The notes below the pieces were generated by a model. The model saw only the letters and a list, made by a program, of their open reading frames with translations. It ran no database searches and was not told the origin of the DNA. Both the position numbers and the translations under genes were made by a program. A DNA stretch of 64,000 nt, taken from the NCBI GenBank assembly GCA_043817075.1, contig JBDRHG010000023.1, positions 11,315 through 75,314 of the forward strand, given 5' to 3'. Source of the stretch: an archaeon (GTDB lineage Archaea > Nanobdellota > Nanobdellia > Woesearchaeales > JAADFO01). Shown in pieces: positions 45,009-51,573 of the stretch (the first letter of the stretch is position 1; each line of letters begins with the position of its first letter).

Positions 45009-45524
45009 ATGACATTCGTGGTCACGAACAACAAGGTCTTCAAGGAGTTCAATACCTTGAAGGGTGCTGTCGCATTCCTCGAGAAATCCAACGAATTCGG
45101 GCTGCGTATCGCCGAGCGTGACGCATTCGGCAACCTTGCCGACGTCGACGAGAGCGCAGTCGCTGAGGTGCGTGAGGAGGTCAAGGCCCAGATCATGGCC
45201 GCGCAAGAGGCCGAGGAGATAGAGGGTGTGGTCAGTCCGCCGAAAACCATTCCGGCGGCAACAGGCACAGCAGCGGTCGGGGTGACAGGAACAGCTCCAG
45301 GACAACCTGTCCCTCAGACAGGAGCCGCTGCTTCGACCGCTGTACCTGCATCCACAAAACCTGTTCCAGAGAAGCAGGAAGAGAAGACGCCCGTGGACAA
45401 GCCTACGCTCTTCATCAAACTCGGAGCCTTGGCCGTGATCGGTACCATATTGGTCGTGGTGTTCCTCCGTATCGTGCTTCCTATCATCATCGATTTCATG
45501 CGGACATGGAGGTCGATCCCATGA
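45009..45524 (+). CDS. Cluster protein K: small soluble N-domain, P/T/A-rich linker, C-terminal TM (tail-anchored)
   Basis: MTFVVTNNKVFKEFNTLKGAVAFLEK...; linker PAATGTAAVGVTGTAPGQPVPQTGAAAS; TM LGALAVIGTILVVVFLRIVLPIII. Confidence 0.6.
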   Translation: MTFVVTNNKVFKEFNTLKGAVAFLEKSNEFGLRIAERDAFGNLADVDESAVAEVREEVKAQIMAAQEAEEIEGVVSPPKTIPAATGTAAVGVTGTAPGQPVPQTGAAASTAVPASTKPVPEKQEEKTPVDKPTLFIKLGALAVIGTILVVVFLRIVLPIIIDFMRTWRSIP

Positions 45525-45985
45525 CAGCAAAAAGAGGAAACCTGGGTATAAACTACATCTTCGCTATATTCGTCTCGCTCATCGTCGTGTTCGTCATCAT
45601 CGCCTTGGTGTCGAACTGGGCCTTCGACGCCAACAAGCTCTTCGCCAAGATCTTCCCCAGCGAAGACGACAGCAACCTCCTGGACCGGCAGATCATCGAA
45701 GTCCCTCCCGCTGACTGCGACCGGCTTGAGAGCGAAGTGGCAAAGCACGGTAAGATATGCTACACCAAGGCCCGTCAGGGCAAGGTCGAGGGAACGGACT
45801 GGGCGTTGTGCTATGGTATCGTCAGCGATTGCCCCGCTTCCGCTGGACAGACCTATGCGGGAGTCGAGACGCTCTTGGGTGACACCCTCGCAACGGATGA
45901 GATGGACATCCAGAGCACGGGTCGCCTCTCCAACAATGTCCTCGTAGGCTATGATTATAGCGAGAAACGGGTCACGATCAGTTAG
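45521..45985 (+). CDS. Cluster protein L: prepilin-like N-terminus plus shared C-terminal module
   Basis: ATG 45521 in an ATGA overlap with the stop of K and GGAGG 8 nt upstream. MTAKRGNLGINYIFAIFVSLIVVFVIIAL. Ends ...NNVLVGYDYSEKRVTIS. Confidence 0.65.
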   Translation: MTAKRGNLGINYIFAIFVSLIVVFVIIALVSNWAFDANKLFAKIFPSEDDSNLLDRQIIEVPPADCDRLESEVAKHGKICYTKARQGKVEGTDWALCYGIVSDCPASAGQTYAGVETLLGDTLATDEMDIQSTGRLSNNVLVGYDYSEKRVTIS

Positions 45986-46498
45986 GTGGTATCTATCGAC
46001 AAGAAAGGCACGGAATCGGTCGAAGTGTGGATGTGGGTCATCGCAGGCATGGTGATAGGCAGCCTTATCTTCGTCGGCGGCTTCAAGCTGCTCACCAACT
46101 ATGTGCAGTCCGCCGAGAGCAACCAGGCGAATGAGAACGTCAATATGCTCTACTCCATGATTACCCAAGTCTGTTTCGGTGGTCGCGGGGAACGTGAGAT
46201 CGATTCGTTGCGTTTCCCGTCCATGATCGAGAAGATCTATATTGAGGACGAAGAGGGTATCGAGAACTTAGGGAAGAACCTCTGCTACGATCCTGTCGAC
46301 GACACACCGAATTGCATGGACCTCAAGGCCTGCACTGTCATGATGAACTCCATCTCCACCAAGGAGAAGCGAGGCGTGTTCTATGCGGTGGAGAAGTTCC
46401 TCGGCAAGCGACGTCCGCAGCAGTTCCGCTTCAGGGTACAGAAGAAGAGCGTAGATGTCGTCGAGGTCAATTGGACCCGGGAACTGCTCAAGGACTGA
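45986..46498 (+). CDS. Cluster protein M: prepilin-like N-terminus
   Basis: GTG start immediately after the stop of L. (V)VSIDKKGTESVEVWMWVIAGMVIGSLIFVGGF. Confidence 0.6.
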   Translation: MVSIDKKGTESVEVWMWVIAGMVIGSLIFVGGFKLLTNYVQSAESNQANENVNMLYSMITQVCFGGRGEREIDSLRFPSMIEKIYIEDEEGIENLGKNLCYDPVDDTPNCMDLKACTVMMNSISTKEKRGVFYAVEKFLGKRRPQQFRFRVQKKSVDVVEVNWTRELLKD

Positions 46499-46501
46499 TC
46501 A

Positions 46502-48406
46502 TCACAGTTGCTGAAGCGGCCTAGAATTGATGTAAGAGTAGATGCGCACCATCTTGATCTTCGGTGGCTTCTTGTCCTTCTTGTTCTCCTTGCAGGTCTT
46601 CATCGCTTGCGCGATCCCTGCCTGGAGGTCGGTGCCGTCATAATAGAATGCCTCAGGCCTCGATCCATGCTCATCGAAGAACTCTTCCCAGAACATGAGC
46701 TGGGTTTTGGGTGCGACGATGATGCCACGATCGATAGGGATGTCTAAGGTGGCATTCTTCTCGAACCGTTTGGCGTCCTTGAGCAGGGCGTCATAGTTCT
46801 CCCTGATCTCTTTTATCGTGCTGACGAATTCTTCCATGGTCATGCGCTGCATCTCTTCGAGGTAGTCCTTCTCGCTCTTGTTGTCTGGGTCATCGAAGAA
46901 CATCTTCTGGTCCCGGAAGAAGAGGTGGTTGGACAACGAAGTGAAGAACCGCTGTTCTGTGAGGAATTTGACGATGTCGAAGGAGAGCTTGTTGGCGACG
47001 TTGAACGTGCCTGACTCCTCCTTGATCCACCGTTTCGTGAAATCATCCTCGATGTGGTGCTTCGCGGTCACATCCCATTTGATCTCGAACCGGCTATTGA
47101 GCTTCTTCGCGTCCTCGAACCAGCGCTTGAATGTGAAACGGATGTTCCGGATCAGCTCGCCGCAATGCCGTCTGGTCTGCTCGACCTCCTTGATGAATGC
47201 GCTCTGGTCCGGCGCGCGGTCGAAGATGAGGAGATCGCCTGTGGTGAAATCTTCTATCTGGAAATAGCGCCCTTTCATGACGCTCTCCACCGGGAAGAGG
47301 ATGCATACCGCGTTCTTCGGATCTATCTTGGTCCTGTCGACGGTATTGATCCGGTAGGGGATGCATGCGAGATCGTCGTGATGGGAACCGATGACAAGCT
47401 CCTTCTTGTTGACCCTCCCTGTCTCTTTCGAGATCATGCCTTTTCTGATGATGGCTTTCATCTCGTTCGGATTGGCAGGATACGTCGCGTAGTTGCCTGA
47501 TGGGAAAGTCAGGACGGGCAAGATGAATTGGTGGAGGAACCATTTGGACCGCTTGGTGTTCTCCTGTTCCTGGTCCTCGAGCCAGTATACCTGGCGGATG
47601 CGTTCGTCCTCTTCTGCTAACTGGAGTTTGTGGTAGTATTCGCGAACGACGTCCAGCACCTGGGTCTTCTCTTTCTGTACGCTCTCGGATAACGCTGCTA
47701 TCCTCTGATGGATGGCTGTGCTGTTCCTCTTCGCTTTGGCCGGGTCAGTGATGAGACTTTTTATGATGGAGAGATCGGTCTCCTGCGATCCTACGATGCC
47801 GTCCAGTGGTTGGAGGCCGAGGAGAAGCTGAGACAATGCGGTCATGGTCTCGCCGTCCACTTCGATGATCTTGTCGAGGCGTTTTTCCACCTCCTGGATG
47901 CCGGCGACGCCTTTGCCGATGAAGGTCTCGAGGCCGATGGCGTCCTGTTGGTCCTTGGGCAGCATCTTCTTCATCGCGGAGATGACCTGCTCTGCGTGCT
48001 TGTCGTTCTTAATCTCCATCTTCTCTAGCGTCGTTCCTTCCTGGCCTTCTTTGACCAGGCTCTGGATCTTGGTGCGGAACCTCGTTGCGGTATCCTTGAT
48101 GCGGGAATTCAGGTTGGATATCGCGGTGAGGCAATCCTTGGCCCTGCGGAGATCATCTTCGGTGGGACTGGGGTCCTGGAGTGCCTGGGCAAGTCCTGCG
48201 AGAGACTTGGCCTTGGCCTGCTCGATGCTCGCGCAGCCGTCCTTTCCTAGGACCTCTTTGGAGAATGAGTTGATATCGAGGAGATGCTGGCGGTCGACCT
48301 TTGTCGAAACCTGTTCATCCTGTTCTCTGGCGGCCTCCTGATCCTCATCTTTGAGAAGCTCGTGGACCCACTGAGGGATCTTCTCTTTAGGCATACAGGT
48401 CGTCAA
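46502..48406 (-). CDS. Hypothetical protein (634 aa, soluble, coiled-coil-rich N-half)
   Basis: Long ORF convergent with the cluster, with stop codons 3 nt apart. I can see no P-loop or other catalytic motif. The start may be M5 (48394), given a TTTTTTATAC box. Confidence 0.6.
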   Translation of the reverse strand: MTTCMPKEKIPQWVHELLKDEDQEAAREQDEQVSTKVDRQHLLDINSFSKEVLGKDGCASIEQAKAKSLAGLAQALQDPSPTEDDLRRAKDCLTAISNLNSRIKDTATRFRTKIQSLVKEGQEGTTLEKMEIKNDKHAEQVISAMKKMLPKDQQDAIGLETFIGKGVAGIQEVEKRLDKIIEVDGETMTALSQLLLGLQPLDGIVGSQETDLSIIKSLITDPAKAKRNSTAIHQRIAALSESVQKEKTQVLDVVREYYHKLQLAEEDERIRQVYWLEDQEQENTKRSKWFLHQFILPVLTFPSGNYATYPANPNEMKAIIRKGMISKETGRVNKKELVIGSHHDDLACIPYRINTVDRTKIDPKNAVCILFPVESVMKGRYFQIEDFTTGDLLIFDRAPDQSAFIKEVEQTRRHCGELIRNIRFTFKRWFEDAKKLNSRFEIKWDVTAKHHIEDDFTKRWIKEESGTFNVANKLSFDIVKFLTEQRFFTSLSNHLFFRDQKMFFDDPDNKSEKDYLEEMQRMTMEEFVSTIKEIRENYDALLKDAKRFEKNATLDIPIDRGIIVAPKTQLMFWEEFFDEHGSRPEAFYYDGTDLQAGIAQAMKTCKENKKDKKPPKIKMVRIYSYINSRPLQQL

Positions 48407-48622
48407 TTGCCAATGAGGTATAAAAAAGTATTGGCGATTTATCGATTTACTCCCTTTTACAGGCTAAGCCGTCATAAAACTGAAAAATCGACAACTTTAT
48501 GTAACTACTGTACTGGAGTATAGAAATGTTTATTAGGTAGCTATGTATCTACTATCTAAGCGACCAAGACAGTTGTTTTGCGACTGGCTAGGAATACCTT
48601 CCTACTTGGTCGCTTCCTTTTC

Positions 48623-49405
48623 ATGCATCTCATGTATGTTGATGAATCTGGCGATGATGGCTTTTCTCGTTCTGGATATGAACGAGGTCAAACACCTACG
48701 CAATTTTATGTTCGTGTCGGTCTAATTCTACATGATTGGAAATGGAAAAAATTTGATCGAGACTTTAAGGACTATAAGCAATCAGAACGGATTCCACCGA
48801 GAGAAGAAATACACGCAACGGATATTAGATGTGGTAGGAAAAAGGTACATGATCCTAGTTTGATGAGGAGGCGAAGCATTAGAAATTGGTTTGGACGTGA
48901 ATATCCCTCGACGGAGGATAGGGTTGCACTTTTACAAAGGATCTGTGAAAAGATTTCTAGTCTTGATGTAACAATTATCTGTATCGCAATTGACAAATTA
49001 AAAATCAGAACGAATGTTCATAACTTTCAATCACTCCCTAAAGAAAAAAGCTGGGAATTTTTAATCGAGAGATACAATTTGTATTTATCTCATGAAAGAG
49101 ATAAAAAAGGTATGATCATCTCAGACGCAGTCGAGCATTCTCTGGAAAAAAACCAACGGTTATTTGCGAGTGCACTAATTTCTCAATCAATGTATATTGA
49201 TGAATTTCATTTCATTGAATCAATACTATTTGAACCGTCTGAATCATCAAATTTCCTTCAGATGGCAGATGTGGTTGCATATGCCTTTAATCGGAAGTTT
49301 AACTCAAATGATGATTCCTTGGCTTCGTTATTATCTAGTCGAATGCTTTGTCGCAGAGAAGGGGGTGTTGATGGGGTTGGTTTAAAAATTTGGCCATCTG
49401 AGTAA
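48623..49405 (+). CDS. DUF3800-family protein
   Basis: N-terminal (MHL)MYVDESGDDG and C-terminal LQMADVVAYAF match the DUF3800 hallmarks. The ORF-track start 48578 was trimmed. Sample line ~30% G+C. Confidence 0.6.
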   Translation: MHLMYVDESGDDGFSRSGYERGQTPTQFYVRVGLILHDWKWKKFDRDFKDYKQSERIPPREEIHATDIRCGRKKVHDPSLMRRRSIRNWFGREYPSTEDRVALLQRICEKISSLDVTIICIAIDKLKIRTNVHNFQSLPKEKSWEFLIERYNLYLSHERDKKGMIISDAVEHSLEKNQRLFASALISQSMYIDEFHFIESILFEPSESSNFLQMADVVAYAFNRKFNSNDDSLASLLSSRMLCRREGGVDGVGLKIWPSE

Positions 49406-49945
49406 ATTTTAACTTCTTTGAATACTTGTGTTTTTGTGATTGGGTGAACTTCTAAGTCTGTTTTGTTATGGTGATTTATTTGCCATATGGTAAATAATGA
49501 AATCGAAAGTGTTATAAACTGGCGAGTCTTTTCTGATTTTTAACCAAACGGTATGCAAATGGGTCCTCTTATGAGCTGAAACGTCTGTTTTGGCCTTGAA
49601 TTTGAGACACCCTTGCGTATCTCAGCCCGTCACGAGAGTACTCAATGGAGCTTACGACGATAGTCAAGCAATGAGCTTGGGAGTTAGTGTTACGGGCGAC
49701 AAACATTTTCATACTCACAATCGGCATAAGGAACAAGAAAAGGCTTTCAAATGATCACTTTCATTCATTTCACGCTTCATTCGATAAAAGGAGATTCTTT
49801 TAGGCTCCTTTACAGTTAGCCAACCTTGTTCTGACAAGGCGGCAAAGGCATTGAATCCCAGTTTCCCACTAGAGGGGCTTGGGGACGCCAGCGCTGCCTC
49901 CTGCTGATTGCCATAGATTAATACACGCACGGAGGATTGAGATCA

Positions 49946-51190
49946 ATGGCAAAAATCAGCCCAGTCTCAGCTAAATATATCGTTCATTCAACCATCGAGA
50001 TCGACGGGGTGGTCGATAGGCCCGATGTCATCGGAGCCATCTTCGGCCAGACCGAAGGCCTGCTCGGCAGTGACCTGGAGCTCCGTGAGCTTCAGCGGTC
50101 CGGCCGGATCGGCCGCATCGAGGTCAATGTCGACACAAGGAGCGGCAAGACCAAAGGCGCAATCATCGTACCGTCAAGCCTGGACAAGGCCGAGACGTCG
50201 ATCATCGCAGCCGCTCTGGAGATCATCCAGCGGATCGGTCCTTGCAATGCCAAGATCAAGGTCGAACGCATCGAGGATGTCCGCGTATCCAAGCGTAAGT
50301 TCGTCATTGAACGCGCAAAGGAGCTGCTCAAACATATGATCGATTCGGTCATGCCTGATTCCCAGGAGCTCGCCGACGAAGTGGCCTATTCGGTCCGCGT
50401 CATGGAGATCCAGGAGTACGGCAAGGATCGTCTGCCTGCAGGTCCCCAGATCGACGACGCCGACGAGGTCATCATCGTTGAAGGGCGCGCAGACGTACTG
50501 AACCTGCTCAAGCATGGATTCAAGAACGTCGTGTCCATGAACGGCACGAGCGTTCCCGAGACCATCATCGATCTGACCAAGCGTAAGATCGTGACCGTTT
50601 TCGTCGACGGAGACCGCGGAGGAGACCTCATCATCAAGGAGCTCTCAGGCGTGGCAGAGATGGACTACGTGACCAAGGCGCCCGACGGCAAAGAGGTCGA
50701 AGAGCTCACCAAGAAGGAGATCCACAAGGCGCTCCGAAGCCGCATCTCGGCTGAACAAGCGAAGGCAGAGATGAGCAGGGGTGGAAGCAACGAATATCGC
50801 AGTCAGCGGCCCCAGCTGAGAAGCAATGACCGGTTCCCACCTAGGCGTCCTGTTCCTGCACCGAGTCCATCTGTCGGCGCACGCCCCAAGCTGCCCAGCG
50901 AATCCGAGAAGAAGTCCTTCAAGGAGATGCTGGAAGACCTGATCGGCACGCGAGGCGCATACATCCTGGACCCTAAGCTCAACATCCTGGGCAAGGTGCC
51001 GTTCTCTGAATTGGCCACCACGATCAAGAGCCTGTCTTCGGGAGTGTATGCCATCGTCTTCGACGGCGAGATCGACAAGACCCTGGTGCAGACTGCGGAG
51101 AAGGTCAATGTGACCTACCTCGTCGGTATGGACACAAAGGTCAAGACCACCGATACCACGATTTCGTTGCTGACGATCAATAACCTGTAA
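49946..51190 (+). CDS. dnaG: Archaeal DnaG (TOPRIM) primase/exosome-associated protein
   Basis: [41 protein letters not shown] is the conserved archaeal DnaG N-terminus. TOPRIM motifs [12 protein letters not shown] and [16 protein letters not shown] lies 9 nt before ATG 49946 (the ORF-track start is TTG 49937). Confidence 0.9.
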   Translation: MAKISPVSAKYIVHSTIEIDGVVDRPDVIGAIFGQTEGLLGSDLELRELQRSGRIGRIEVNVDTRSGKTKGAIIVPSSLDKAETSIIAAALEIIQRIGPCNAKIKVERIEDVRVSKRKFVIERAKELLKHMIDSVMPDSQELADEVAYSVRVMEIQEYGKDRLPAGPQIDDADEVIIVEGRADVLNLLKHGFKNVVSMNGTSVPETIIDLTKRKIVTVFVDGDRGGDLIIKELSGVAEMDYVTKAPDGKEVEELTKKEIHKALRSRISAEQAKAEMSRGGSNEYRSQRPQLRSNDRFPPRRPVPAPSPSVGARPKLPSESEKKSFKEMLEDLIGTRGAYILDPKLNILGKVPFSELATTIKSLSSGVYAIVFDGEIDKTLVQTAEKVNVTYLVGMDTKVKTTDTTISLLTINNL

Positions 51191-51198
51191 ATTTTTTT

Positions 51199-51440
51199 AT
51201 TGAAAATCTCGTCATGAGGTTTTCGTGGGTTTGATACCCCGTCCTTCAGGACGGGATTTTCAATTCATGAAAAACCTTCAGATTTTTTTCAGAACAGAAA
51301 GCTGTTGGCTTTCTTGTTCCAAAAACCTGTCTATCGATGCGAGGAGCGTAATACCTCGGCCTTTAGGCCGAGGATAGTTTCCGCTAGGAAACTTCAGAAG
51401 TCCGTATGGACTTTTGTTAGCTCCGAGTGACAGGTTTTTG
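51199..51440. ncRNA. Candidate structured RNA or MITE-like element in the dnaG / PPIase convergent spacer
   Basis: Two long-range helices, 51199-51208/51255-51264 (10 bp) and 51320-51331/51429-51440 (12 bp), enclose several perfect tetraloop hairpins (see finding). Strand and class unknown. Confidence 0.25.
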
Positions 51441-51573
51441 TTATCTCTCTTTTTCTATTGTTCTGCTTCGAGGATATTAGATATCTCTATGCCGATGAAG
51501 TATCTCCTAAGTCCAGAGCCATCTCTATCCATTATCTGAGAAAATAAGAATAATAAAAAAGAGAATATAATAT

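Noticed and set aside
45314-46168. 284-aa minus-strand ORF across cluster genes K-M
   Set aside because: It is antisense to three coupled genes and has no motif. The plus-strand frames carry coherent signal and TM features.
46502-48406. Tested whether the 634-aa neighbour is the missing FlaI/PilB-type assembly ATPase of the pilin-like cluster
   Set aside because: No Walker A (GxxxxGK[ST]) or Walker B/Asp-box pattern is visible in the translation, so I cannot support an ATPase call. It is kept as hypothetical.
49715-49930. 71-aa minus-strand ORF in the spacer upstream of dnaG
   Set aside because: It has no start context, motif or partner gene, and it lies across a composition transition. Not supportable as a gene.
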